In this document: in pieces, positions 14,833 to 28,903 of the stretch | How the letters are laid out: each line of letters starts with the position of its first letter | Position numbering within the stretch: the first letter of the stretch is position 1 | Assembly: GCA_951406725.2 (NCBI GenBank) | Contig: OX597820.1 | Span: forward strand, 125,426,001-125,490,000 | Source of the DNA: Octopus vulgaris | Taxonomy: Eukaryota | Length of the DNA: 64,000 bases | Direction: 5' to 3' | Translations under genes and position numbers: made by a program | The notes under the pieces: model-generated | Databases searched by the model: none | Seen by the model: only the letters and a program-made list of their open reading frames with translations | Told to the model about the DNA's origin: nothing

Positions 14833-15004
14833 CATATATACGACAGGCTTCTTTCAGTTTCCGTCTACCAAATCCACTCACAAGGCATTGGTCGGCCCGA
14901 GGCTATAGCAGAAGACACTTGCCCAAGATGCCAGGCAGTGGGACTGAACCCGGAACCATGTGGTTGGTAAGCAAGCTACTTACTACACAGCCACTCCTGC
15001 GCCT
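14572..15004 (-). mobile_element. tRNA-derived SINE family A (octopus type), full length
   Basis: Minus-strand head aggcgcaggagtggctgtgtagt (A box)…ggttcagtccc (B box), internal TA/CA tract, repeated aagagtaa tail; very similar to 30405-30788. Confidence 0.9.
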
Positions 15005-16689
15005 GTATAAGTATTTACATATACAAACTCAGATTATCATTAGTTATCATATAATTCTGGTATAATTTACCCAGTCTCAATAGTATAAACATAAAACAAA
15101 AAACAATATTTAGATTTTTTACCTAATTCATTTTCATCTCTATATAATGGAATGGTATCAAGCGTGTATAAGTATTAAATGAGACACACCATCTATCAAA
15201 CTATTATTTGTTGGCACGAACAGGGGAGAAAATTCTTCTCAGTTGAATTCTAGCAATATCAGCCAGATGGAAGGTAAAGTAATATGTTACATTGTCTAAA
15301 TGAAGTAAGTTCCATTAGATAGCGTAGTTTTGGAAGAAAAGAAGTAGCAAAAGGTGAAATGAAGAGGTCCTTCCTAACAAAACCTTCATGATCAAGGCCA
15401 AACGTAGGCTAAATGAGAACAATATAGTAAAAACAAGTTTTAAAATCAATTATGTGTTTATTTTTGTTTATATGTCTGCAGTGCAAATTGCCCAACGTTG
15501 TTCAATATTATAGAACTATTTGAAACATGATTATAAATCTCTTAATCCAAAGGATACCAGATATTTAGCTGTTCGCTTGTGTCTTCCGTAATGTTGAAAT
15601 ATTTGATTGTGATGCAGCTTAAATTTCCGTTCTTTGGTTTCGCAGCAAAGGCTTATTATTGTATTTATTGTTCATACTAAATTTTCCGAAAGACGCGGAA
15701 CACGCTTTCCATGATGTTTATTAATCTACACCAGGCTCCGGATAAATATATTATCTCTAATATAATATGCATAAGGGTTAAATTTCGAATGTGTCATAGT
15801 TCACTGTTCCGATTTTTATCAAGTTCATTAATAGTTTTGATAAGATTCTTATTCAAGAAGATGTTGCTAGAGTTTCTGAAGCGTATTAAGAGTTTTAACG
15901 AATTTTGATAATTCTTGGCATCATTAATCATTCCCGTTTTTTTTAATAAGCTATATTAATTCTTCTACTAAACTTTCTACGTCTTTAATTATTATACATA
16001 AATGTCACTCAAATTTAATTTCCGCCTTATCTGTCGGGTTAGCACATACTTCATATTTAAATGTTTTTTAATAAATTTTGTTTATATTTTTGTTTCAATT
16101 CTATAAGTATTTATATTCCTTTATTTCCCCATTTATTTAATCTATTTAGTCTCTCATTCAACTTTACTGTTATTGATCATAGCCTATGTAATTATGACTG
16201 TTTGTATGTGTGTATTTTTTTTAGTTTTGACATTCTTATTTTCTACTCTTATGTTCAGTTTCTCCTTTTCCAATTCATTTCCTTCGTCCCTCTTTTTCTT
16301 TACGTCTGACCACGTTCTCCTAAACACAGAGTCCTTTTTTTACTTCAAACTTTCTCGATGAAAACTATGTCAAAAGATTTAACACTGTTTACCTGCGCTG
16401 GAGTAAAACACCCGCTTTTGATCTCTTCCGCTGTTGCTAAAGTGATCAAGATATATCTGATCTTACCTATTCATAATTCTTTCTCCGGTAAAAGACGTTG
16501 CCGTGACCTTACCCTTTATCTCTTTGCATATGCTACTTTCTATATATTTGTATAGCCTTATTCATATATATATATATAATAATATATTCGATTCCCTTTG
16601 CTAGACTGCTAGATTACGAGGATATAAACACACCATCACCGATTATCAGGTGGTGTTTGGGGAGACATACAAACACACAGACTTAAGAC

Positions 16690-16880
16690 ACACACGCATT
16701 CACACATATACGACGGCCCTTTTCTCAGTTTCTCTCAGCCAAATCGATTCAAAAGTCTTTGGTCAGCCCGAGGTTATAGTAGAGGAAACTTTTCCAAGGT
16801 CCCACAAAATGGAGCTGAACCAAGAAGAAAGCATATGTTTGGAAAACAAAGTTTTTACCATACAGATTCGTATGCACCTA
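16690..16880 (-). mobile_element. Degenerate SINE family A head
   Basis: cgacggcccttttctcagtttc…ggtcagcccgaggttatagtagagga resembles 14840-14950. Confidence 0.6.
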
Positions 16881-17624
16881 AGTGAATTTGTAAACAATAT
16901 ATATTTAATAACCAAATTCATTCACCATATTTGTAAAACTACAACTGTTAATCAAATCCCTGTAGTTCAGTCGACAAGAAACAAATTTATCTGGTGTGTT
17001 TCATATTTACTAATACATATAATCACATATATTTATATTTTAATTGCCTCTGTTAAGGACTTTTTATATGAAAATCAAAGTCAGATGTTATTTTCATAAG
17101 GTTATCTACATAATGTTACGAGGCTGTCTTAGTTAACGCCTGTTGGACTTTCTGTTCTTAGCTTTCTGAACACCAGCAGATTATATGTGTATAAATAATT
17201 TTTCATACGTAATAACTAATAAAAAATTTAATGGATAAACTTTTGCATTAGCAGCAGATGTACCTCATTTTGCATTTTATCACACACGTTAAACAAAAAC
17301 ATAATGATCATAGTTATTTCATTTATTTTTCTTATTTCTGTTAAAACCCTCCTATCTCTGTATACCATTATACGAATCATTTCCTGTCTCTAATAAAGTT
17401 TTGGTTTTCTTAAAATGCGATATAAGGTTTGAAACATTAGCTCTTTATGAGGTGAAAACTATGATCCCTGATCAATATAACTGATAAAAACCTAGTCATT
17501 CACATTTCTCTTCAGGTGCTTGATGCACTCTTGTTGATGTCCGTAGGTTATATTCGGGCAGCGATATATAATGCAAATTTAATAAACTTATATTCTGTTG
17601 TCTTGACTCATTATATATACATAT

Positions 17625-17709
<85 letters not shown>

Positions 17710-18846
17710 TATATAAATATGTATATCTATCTATCTATCTATCTATCTATATATATATATATATATATACTTGTGTGTATATATATATATACTTGTGTAT
17801 ATACGTTTGCGTGCGTGCGTATGAGCGTGCATGTCTGTGTATGTTAAAGTAAATATATATGTGCCTATAGAGATAAAACGGGAGTGACATAAATTGCATC
17901 GTAACATTAGCTACATACGAGTTGCAAGAAAGGTGGCAAATCCAAACAACAGTTATGCATGTTAATGGGCTTTTATGTAAATTAGAGGTTAGGGTTCCGA
18001 ACAAGACTTTTGCTTGAAAAGAAATTATATTGATATATGAAGAGATATAGTAATTCCATTAACATAAAAGCTATTGATATGATAACAAATATTTTGCCGT
18101 GGGTGTGGAATATAAAGATTTTGACGTGGTTTTCCCAGATGAAAATAGCTCTGAAAGAGCAGATTAAATGAAGAGAGAGAACTGGAAAGTAGCGACAGTA
18201 AAGAGAAAAGTGAAAGAAAGTAAAATATAAAGAGTAACCTGTAATAAATAACGGAGTAGATTATGGAAAGCAACAGTCTGGGGTCAATGGAGATAGAAAG
18301 CAGAGAATGGGTGAAAGCGAAAGAAAGCAAGGCAAAGAAATAAGTGGACTGGTGAACAAAAAACATATGCCGTATATAGTAAACAGAAAAATCACGAGTG
18401 ATAAACAGGAGATTAATGATATCTGACAGATGTAGAATGTATAAATTAGTTGAAATTAATTGTATTTATAGATAAGAATAATAATGTTATGATGAAAAAT
18501 ATCACAAAGTTGCTCTAGCGATTCCTAAGGGTAGTGTGTGATGTGTGCTATTATTTAAAAGAGTGAACTTCCCCAGATTCTCTTGCTTTTTTTGTATATA
18601 GATATGAAATATGGTTCATTCTGTACAATCTTACTGCACAAAATATTACTAGTTAATAATGCGACTATGTTCCTATACAGATAACATAAACATACATATA
18701 TGCATACATAAATACATACCTGCATATATATCTACATATATGTACATAGATGTGAGTGTACGTATCTTCTTTCCTGAGCGTCCAATAATACTTTATTTGT
18801 TCCACGTCCTCGCGTTGCTGTTTTTTTTGTGTTTTCTTGTTTGGAT

Positions 18847-18916
<70 letters not shown>

Positions 18917-19146
18917 TAAGAAAGTTGGTTTGTGAAAGCACGTGGTTGAATATATAGAAAATAGTAAAAAGTGAAAAAACTACATAACGACGTAAGAAAT
19001 TTGAAAAGCTAAACGCGAAACCGGTCTTTCTTCTAAACTATGTCATTGTAGGAAAAAAAATTATAATAATCTTCAGACATATTGACTTAAATATATATTC
19101 TTTAACCTTTTAAAACAAGCCTTTTGTAGTTTTTTCACTTTTTACT

Positions 19147-19374
<228 letters not shown>

Positions 19375-19749
19375 TATATATGTATCAATATATGTGAATG
19401 CATATATGTATACACAAGGACATTTATATATAATTACAGGCACACAGATACGCAGGTACACACACACGGACAAACAGACACACACACAGACACACACACA
19501 AACACACAGTTACACATATATTCCACTCCTTATTTTAATGCATTTTGAAGTACTAAATCTTAACACTAAAGTTACTTACGTTTGTCTATCGAACCCTATC
19601 ATAATGTCCACATTTTCTGTACCTGTACAGTAATTTGATTGCCGTTTATACTAACCCTGACTTGTAGCTATTTCGTGAAACAAATTATTCCAATAATTGT
19701 TTGAAGAGGTCAATTATATTTCAGTGGACATGTACTCGCTGATCTTTGC

Positions 19750-22100
19750 GGGTTAATGTCTCAAACCATTATTTTCCCTCTAAAAGAGAAATTACCAGTT
19801 TAGCTGGCATTCTATTGATTTCGACTTTTCAGAGTTGAACGTCAACGTGTGATGAGAAGACAAGTATCGTTGTGTTAAGTTTCATATCAGTCTAAGTATT
19901 AGTCATGATCATGTGGTTTCAATCTAACTCTTTGTAAAGAGTATGGGCTATGTTGTTCTTCCAGTTATAACTGAGAGACACTTTTGAAGTTCATTGACAG
20001 GAGTATCTTTTGTGATAATGGGATAGATCAGTTTCCTTTTTGACTATTAGCGCAGACCGTTGTCATGTTTGCTGTTTCACGAGAAGGTACATTTAGCATT
20101 ACGAACTCCTGGTAAGTACGCATTGTACCTGTTAAAGATACTCCATATGATATTGAAGGTGATCTTTCGTTGGTAACGGAGTCCTAAAGAGAAGTAGAAC
20201 AAGGAGTTAGAATTCTTCCTCTATCCCTAAACTTTAGGAAGTTAATTTGTAGCAGAAGTTTTCCCTCGAAATCTTCGGTATGCATGTACGCTGATTAGAA
20301 ACGCCGGCAGATTGTCTGAGTAAGGAACCATAAAACAGCCATAAAACTGGAATCATCCCAGTATGCAGTTGGTGGGATAATGCAGGAACATGTTATGAGG
20401 TGAGGTGGAGACTGGTTGCGTAATGGTTTCTTTTGTTTTGTTTATTGTTGGAAATAATATTACCTAAAAATTAATAAGTAAGTATGGCTTCTTAGGAAAT
20501 ACTATTTCATACACAGTGAAGAGAAAATAATGAGATGATGATTTTCTCTTGAATAATATTTGGTACCGTAATAAAAGTGCTACAGCAGATACAGGTTTAA
20601 TTATTAGATCTTCGAAGAGATTGGACAGCTCTTTTTTGAGTGAGTATGTCAAGAATTGTTTGTGAATTTGCTGTTCTATCCCATTTTTATATGCAATGCT
20701 TTAGTGCCGGCTGCAACAATAAGATATCAGAACTGGTATTGCCATGGTCCTTTGATGAGCTCCTTTGGCTATTTTAGAGATATACTGTTGAATGCTAAAG
20801 AAATATGAGAACATAAAAGAACGATATGCCTAAGATTTAGGTGACTGCGATCAGTCATAAAACAAATACAACATAATGTCTTCAAGAAATTTAATTCCTG
20901 ATATTTAATTGCAATTTATCAATGACCAATATGGGACAAGTTGGAATGTGTTCAAACTTTGTTTTCTAGACTTATATTGTTTCTTATGATACGCTATCTA
21001 TTGTTTACTATCAGTAAAAAATAGAGCATTCTAATTCGAAGAAATTCACCTATTGTATAGATTCTCATTTTCTTTGTTACATGTGATGTTTGTACCATGA
21101 TGTTGTCCAAGGAAAGTCAATTTTTATGAATACATCAAATGTTCTCCAAGACTCTCCCCATAGCAATACTATGAAATGTGCCTTTGTAGTGACCATATGG
21201 TCTTATAGTGGCAAAGTTTATTAAGTTTAAGAATGTTTGGTGTGATCTGATATTAATATTCTTTGAATATATAATAAAGGTAGAGCGTAGTAATCATAAT
21301 CAGTATCTTAAGAAATTGTATGTTGTACAGAGAAGATTTCGTCGACATAAGCTACCATTAAGTGAACGGAGAGGGAACATAAATTCCAAGAATAAAAGAT
21401 AAGAGGAACACATATATATATATATATTGGAAATATTCATAAAAAGCTGTGGAAAACAATTATTTTAATGACAAAATTATTTGAAAGATTTTAACATAAC
21501 CGTAACAAATGATTTGCTTTCGCTGTTGTTATTAAGAATTACTGGGAAGTAATATTGAAAACCGTCAAAGAGACGGACACTGTCCTTAGAATTAATACGT
21601 TGGTCATCGTTACACCATCACCATGTTGTTCTTTGTAAAGAGTATTCTAATTAAAAACATTCGAGATAGATACCCAGTCTATGGCTAACTTTCTTCAATT
21701 GTTCACTGAGAAACTGCAAGGGGGATGTTTATCCACATCGGATTCAATCTGACTATACCATTAGAATCAGAGTCACTCGTTATTATTAAATAACATAAAA
21801 TAGCAGATTTTTGATTCTACAGAAGCTGTACTATCGGTTTCTAAGTAGAAAAGGGGACTCTAGATGATTCATAAGAGGATCTTAAAGAACAACTTTTCTC
21901 ATATGAGAGTCGATTCAAAAGTAACCACAGTCTGAGAGCTGGTAGAGAAACAAAGTCTGTCCCTCTTCGGAAAGTGGCAACTGATTTCGATGGCGACCAT
22001 TATTTTCAGAATATTAGTGGTGATAATACGGATAGATCCTTGAAAAGATTTGGGAATGAAAACTTTGGATGCAAATTCTTAAAAGACGACAAAGAACTTT
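19750..22100 (-). mobile_element. Highly decayed PLE (RT plus endonuclease remnants)
   Basis: Colinear remnants across frameshifts: NIPLAVS/KLA, MVAYVD..SSLYNI (cf. MVSFDV.SLYTNI), YKGTFHSIAMG (cf. YKQ..G.AMG), AYHKK (cf. VYRK), KELIK, VPYS, FNIIWSI…NAYLPG. Each match is weak on its own. Confidence 0.4.
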
Positions 22101-22589
22101 CTTCTGTATGAGATGCATTTTGCTTCAACAATTCAACATAGACTTTTCGAATTCAGATGAATAAACTGAATTATAATAACAAGGATTGTATTGTGGTAAC
22201 ATATCTACTGATAAACACATGAGTTTAAGTAACGAAAGGGCAATATTATTAACGAATACGTTTTATAGCTTTTATCCCAATGTCTAGTCACGGGCGTTGT
22301 TAAGCGCAGGTAAAAGAAAATAACGCTGTTTGCATAATTCAGTTAACAAATATTACACCCTCCGTTTTCCTTTAGACTCGCTTGTTTATCGTATCTTGAC
22401 TTCTGATTAAGGATTACTATTCATAGAATAGTTTAGCACCAAACTCATCCATACTAAACACTTAATATACCGGTATTCAATACCAGTATTGTATCATTAC
22501 TTTGAGAGATATAATTTTGAATTCAATAAGGTATGTAGCGTGTGTTATTAAAGTAATGAAAGCAGATTTAAATTTCGGGCGAATGGTAA

Positions 22590-22748
22590 CGCGATTACAT
22601 CGACCTTAGTTCTCATCTTATTTTATCGAATCCAAAAGGACGAAAGGCAAAGTCGTCCTCACCTGAACGAAAACTCAGATCGTAAACATGGACGAAATAC
22701 CGCTAAGCATTTTGTCTGTCATGCTAAGGATTCTGCTAACTCGCCGCC
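22590..22748 (-). mobile_element. tRNA-SINE family B
   Basis: Reverse complement begins ggcggcgagttagcagaatccttagcatg, homologous to 33889-34104. Confidence 0.75.
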
Positions 22749-23966
22749 TTAAATTAGTGAAAAATATTAGTTAGAAATATACGAAAAAATAAAAAACTTG
22801 TTCGTATATGATCATTGTTTTGCGAAAATAATTCACTGCCTCAAAATGTATTAATTAAAAAATATTCTTATTTAACTACTATAAATAAATCTTCAGCACA
22901 TTTGATAAAGTACTAAAAATATCACCGATTAAGAACATAGTTCAGTCAGGCGTCATTAGAACCTCTAATTTGTTCATACTGTATTTTCTAACAATGTAAA
23001 ACAAAAAAGTTGGCTTTAATAAAGTAATATCAGACCTAATTATTTGACAGCAAATATTAATATAGAGATACGACGAGAGAAATATCTATTCAAACGCTTA
23101 TGTCCAATATTAGATTAACAAAATATTACAGGGAATGTACGAAAGACAAAATGAGACTATTTATTTGATAGGAGAATACGTAAAAATAAATGTAAGATCG
23201 CTTGCTGCAGACAGCCGTGTAAATATATGAAACTTACTAAAATTCCAAAATGGCCGAGAGCGTTACGAATGCGGAATAAACGAAGTTCCGATGTAAGAAG
23301 AAAATATTTAATATGACTGCGGTGATTTAAAATTTCTAAATAGTATTCCATAAATATTATAAATAACTTTCCAATAAAGAAGACAGATAAATATTTCGGT
23401 AACAAAATAGATGTCTATTCATACACAAAATTGCATACGTAAAGGTCACAAGGCTCATGCATACATGAATCGTCGCACATATGTGTATCAAAGCAAATAC
23501 GTAGATGCATGGGTGTATGTGTGTGTGTATATATGTATGTACGTATACGTTCGAAAACTCACCTATACACAAACATATACACATAAACTTTATTTCTTAG
23601 TTTATTTTATATTCATGGACTCACTTTGTTTTGTTTGAACAGAAGGCCATAACTCTCATGATTTAAGATGTCTATAAAAATACATATTTGTCATGTTCGT
23701 TTGTATTTTTGAATGTCATTTCAGACTTAAAACTTTATATATATATTTGTTTGTCTAAAGTCTATTAAAGTAATTTATTTCATCTTGGATGGTAGAAACT
23801 TCCAAATTTATTCGTTATATTTTATACTTTCCTTCATATTTTAATTCTCCACAGAAATATTCTCTATTTATGGAAAATAATAACGTCATTAATCTAAACC
23901 AGGGATCAAAATCGACATCTACTTCACATAACATAGCATGCCATCTGATATATATACATAGGCATG

Positions 23967-24032
<66 letters not shown>

Positions 24033-24037
24033 AACAT

Positions 24038-24093
<56 letters not shown>

Positions 24094-24197
24094 GCATATG
24101 TATATACACATATATACATATATGTGTGTGTGTATCTGAATATGTGTATGCATACATACTTGTTCTCTAACCATTCGTTGATAGCTTTCACATTATA

Positions 24198-25482
24198 TCA
24201 GGTCATCCCATAAGTTCTGTCCGAATTTTGTATAAAGAAAACTAGTGATCAAATGTTATATTTAATTGAAATTTAATCATGAAATTACTTTACCTGATTA
24301 TCTAAGACTTCCTTCCATCTATTTACAAGATTTTTAATCTCATTAATGTAAAACCATTTTGGTTTTAAAACGAAGAACTCTGAAATGTCAGTTTCAACCT
24401 CCTCCTGGTTTGCGAAAGTTATGTCCCCCAGATGATTATGTAAACTACGATCCAAATGGTAGTCTGAAGGAGGAAGGTCGGGAGAATAATGTGGATGAGA
24501 AATTTTTTCCCACCCAAGCTCTTCGATCTTCTATGATGTGATCTTTGTAGTGTGGGGTCGCGCATTGTCCTGATGAAACAACACTCATTTTCGATTCATT
24601 TAACCGAGTCTTTTTTCTTCAAACCTTGGTTCAAACGCTCTAATTGCTGACAGTAGACTTGAGCATTGATTGTTGAATTAGGTGGTAAAAATTCAAAGTG
24701 AAATACTCTCTAGCAATCCCACCACATAGAGAAAAGGAACTTTTTCCATGAAGTTCCCTTCTCGGATGTGGTTGAGTTATTTCCCTTTTACCAAGCAACT
24801 GTTTACGACGTTTAACATTTCGATAGAGGATCCATTTTCCGTCACCAGTCACAAGTCTATCCAAAAAGAGTGAAATGAATTCGCGAGAATGGAGAGAAGA
24901 GAAGATATCAACTAGGGACATGCGGTTGCTCTCAGACAATTCATGAGGCACCCATTTTCCAAGTTTAGGAAACTTTCCAAGATGTTGAAGATGACGATGA
25001 ACAGTTGTATGGTTTGAACGACGCTTTATTGCCAATTCTTCAACTGATAATGCAGGATATTCTTCAAGCAATGTCTCAAAGAGCTTATAATTAAACTCAA
25101 CTGGACGTCCTGTTCGATCTTCATCTTCCTGGCTGAAATCTCCACTTCTGAATTTTGCAAACAATCTTCTGCAAGTTCTTTCATACAAGCATTATTTCCC
25201 ATAAACTGAGTGTATGTTTAGAGTCGCTTCGGCTGCAGAGGTTCCTTTTTTGTACTCATAAAGCATTATGTGCCTCAAATGCTCTTTGGATACTTCCATG
25301 TTAGAAAGGGTTTTAATCAAAGAAATTTTAATTCTATCTTTCTGTAAAATAATATTTAATTAGTTTAAATGTACACAAATGCATAAAATAAGTTTTAATT
25401 CCATTAGACATTCTAAAATACTATTAAATGCCATTCAATTTATAAAATGATAAAATCGGACAGAACTTATGGGATGACCTGA
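24198..25482 (-). mobile_element. Full-length mariner (DD34D) element with disrupted transposase
   Basis: Perfect 27-bp TIRs tcaggtcatcccataagttctgtccga, TA at 24196-97 and 25483-84. Transposase from 25299: MEVSKEHLRHIMLYEYKKG…, WVPHEL, LVTGDGKW, FHQDNARPH, HPHYSPDLPPSDY; in-frame stop and frameshifts. Confidence 0.95.
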
Positions 25483-26406
25483 TAACTCCTCAGTCAAAAT
25501 TCTGATTCTCCGTATATGTAATCTCTTACTTAGACGTAGCATATGGAGTTTATAACTCCATTGATTAAAGATTGAAACTCGATATAGCAATTAATATAAC
25601 CCCTCCCGCTAGAATTAGCACTACTTCATTAATTTATTATTAATTCTTAATTTGATATTTGTTTTCCTCTTCCTAATTTTATCTCTCTTTTATTGTTTAT
25701 TATTCGTTGAATTATTATAACCAATCGTAAATTTTGACAATTTTTTGGTATTATTTAAAAATGAGATTTTTTTTGACACTCCTTAAATACTAGATTTTTA
25801 ATATTCATTTTAACATATCGGCATCCACTTTCCTGGTTACCTTTAATAATATTTGTATGATTATGTAGTTCTAGTATTCCTTTAGTAAATCATACTTAAG
25901 GCGCGCTCTCTCGTGATTTGATTTAATATAACCTTTGAGTTGAAATGTTTAGTCTATGACTTAAACTACGAAATAATTATTTATAATTTAAAATGTTATA
26001 ACCCAGGAAATTTACACTCTATTAATTATTATAATATGTATCAAGCCGTTTCCTAAATCAATTCCTTTCATATCTGGTGATAAAAATATATCTTTTTATC
26101 TTTACTACAAGTGGTTTTTTTGGGGGTTTTTTTCGCGCCTCCCCTGAATACAAAATATATCCATCTAAGATCTATTATTTTTTTATCATTATGTATTTTT
26201 ATTGTACACTTTACAAATATTTGTAAAACATATTTTTCACTTTTAGCTTTATTTATATTAAATTCTTGTTTTTTTTATCTCGATCTTTTTAAAATCAAGA
26301 TCTTGTTATAGTTTTTTATACCTTTATAATTTCATAATTTTTCAAAATTTTTATATTATTTTATATCTTTATAACAAAAATCTTGTGCTAACCTTATCTA
26401 TACATA

Positions 26407-27770
26407 CAGTGGGGAGAAATAAATATTCGTACAGAATAAATTTATGATTTTCTATGCCACAAAATACTGTTAAAATATGTTTTTTTACTAGAACTTTCCC
26501 GTTTGTTCCAATAATCTTATCAGTTGTCATTTTTAAGTGTCAAAACGCTAGCTTCTTCATTCAGGACAGTGGAAAGCAGGTAAAAGTTACAGGAAAATAT
26601 CAGAGATCCTTTATATTCCATTTTCTACCATATCTTCATTCATTCAAAGATATAAAAAAATTCGGGAACTATTGAAAACAGAAGAAGATCCAGTGCACCA
26701 TGCAAGATTTCTCCTAGATCTTTAAGAAAAATGAAGTGAAGAATAAAAAAAAAACGCAATGATCACCAGAAAGGAGTTGCAAGAATTTTTGTTAGCTTCA
26801 GGGACTAGTGTTACGCTACGAACAATCAGCAATGAACTTCATAGACATGAACTGAAGTCATGCTCTCCCAGAAAAACTCCGCTGTTGACTAAAAGGCATA
26901 GAGATGCCCGTTTAATATTTGTTTATGAACATAAAGATAAACCTGATACATTCTGGGAAAACTGTTCTATGGACAGACGAGTCGAAAATTGAATTGTTTG
27001 GAAGAAATTCGTGTAGCCATGTTTGGAAGAAAGATGTTACTACCTATTCGCCGAAAAAGACAATTCCTACCATAAAGTTTGGAGGTGGCAACATTATGGT
27101 GTGGGGGTGTTTCTCTGCAAATGGTACTGGCAATTTACATGTGATAGATTGTAGAATGAATGCAGAGATGTACCAAAATATTTTGAACAATAATTTATGG
27201 GACTCTGTAGAAAAGCTCCAGCTTTGTGAAGGGTGGGTTTTACAACAGGATAACGGCCCTAAGCACACAGCGATGTCTACCAAGAAATGGATTGTCGATC
27301 ACAATATAAAACTTATTAGAATGGCCAAGCCAGTCACCTGACTTGAACCCCATTGAAAATTTGCGGTGTTATTTGAAAATTAAAATTCGTTCAAGAGCCC
27401 CAATGTGAATTCCAGATTTGAAGAAAATTTGTCAAGAAGAATGGGAAAAAATTCCTAAAGAAACATGCGAGTCATTGATTAAGAACTACAAGAAGAGATT
27501 GGTTGAAGTGGAACTGAATAATGGTTATGCTACGAAGTATTAAATCAGAGTTATCAGTTATTTATGTTCTGTACGAATACTTTTTTCACCCCTAAATATT
27601 TATGATTGTATATAAATTCCTTAGTAACTATAATTTATTAGTTTCTTTTGCATACTCTTAGCTTATGCATGTGTATGCAAATATAGTATTGGTATATCCC
27701 ATTTATGTTCATTAGAAATGAGATAAATAAAGAATTTTGATACTTACGAATATTTATTTCCCCCCCACTG
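26407..27770 (+). mobile_element. Tc1-like (DD34E) element with disrupted transposase
   Basis: TA|cagtgggg…aaataaatattcgta TIRs with TA at both ends; [59 protein letters not shown] (stop at 27543); frameshifts. Confidence 0.95.
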
Positions 27771-28012
27771 TATATACAGTTTTTATATATTTCTATATTT
27801 TTCTATATTTTTCTTTTAATTTTATATTCTTTATTTTTTATTTTTATAGTCTTTATACTTTTATATATCTGATTTGTTTACAATATATATATATATATTA
27901 TATATATTTTTCTATATTTTTCTTTTTAATTTTATATTCTTTATGGTTTTTTTCATTTTTATAGTCTTTATACTTTTATATATCTGATATTGTTTACAAT
28001 CTTCGTTCAGCT

Positions 28013-28063
<51 letters not shown>

Positions 28064-28226
28064 TCCTTTATATATTTCTTTAAATATTACATATATCTGC
28101 AGTATATTTTTATATACCCTATCGTATATTTTACGTTTATATCTTTATATTTTAAAACCATTATATCCCTTATTAGCTTATATGCCTAAATTCTAAATTT
28201 TTATATACAAGGCATACATTTGTGTA

Positions 28227-28521
28227 GGCACATGGCCTAGTGGTTAGAGCAGCGAACTCACAGTCGAGGGATCGCGGGTTCGAATCTCAGACCGGGTGTT
28301 GTGTGTGTTTATGTTCGAAGCACCTAAGCTCCACGCGGCTCCAGCAGAAGGTATTGGCGAGCTTTTGCTGACTCTTTCGCCACAACTTTCACTTCTTCCT
28401 GCATCTTGCAGCTCACCTTCGGCGAACCGGCGTCACGTCCAAGTGTGGACCTATACACCAAGGACACCGGGAAACCAGCCTTTATGAGCCAGGCATGGCT
28501 TGAGAACGAACAAAACAACAA
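28227..28521 (+). mobile_element. tRNA-derived SINE family C
   Basis: A box tggcctagtgg, B box ggttcgaatc, short caa-rich tail; homologous to 56088-56392 (-). Confidence 0.9.
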
Positions 28522-28601
28522 TACACAGGGTTATATAATTTTTAAACAACTTCAGTTATCGGGCCATCGAAAAAAATGCATATATGTATATATATACATA
28601 C

Positions 28602-28656
<55 letters not shown>

Positions 28657-28666
28657 TATATGTATG

Positions 28667-28724
<58 letters not shown>

Positions 28725-28838
28725 CATACATATATGTGTCTATGTATGTATGTATTTATAAACACACACACAAATATATGTATACATCACAACGATATTT
28801 TAACTAAACTTTGCGTATTATATTTATCAAAATATATA

Positions 28839-28903
<65 letters not shown>

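Noticed and set aside
17516-17560. Good-looking acceptor (catttctcttcag) followed by VLDALLLMS
   Set aside because: No recognisable homology or convincing donor; the frame runs into (TA)n.
28227-28300. tRNA-like sequences with A/B boxes (also 14930-15004, 33889, 56320-56392)
   Set aside because: SINE heads continuing into SINE bodies; no complete cloverleaf, so not called tRNA genes.
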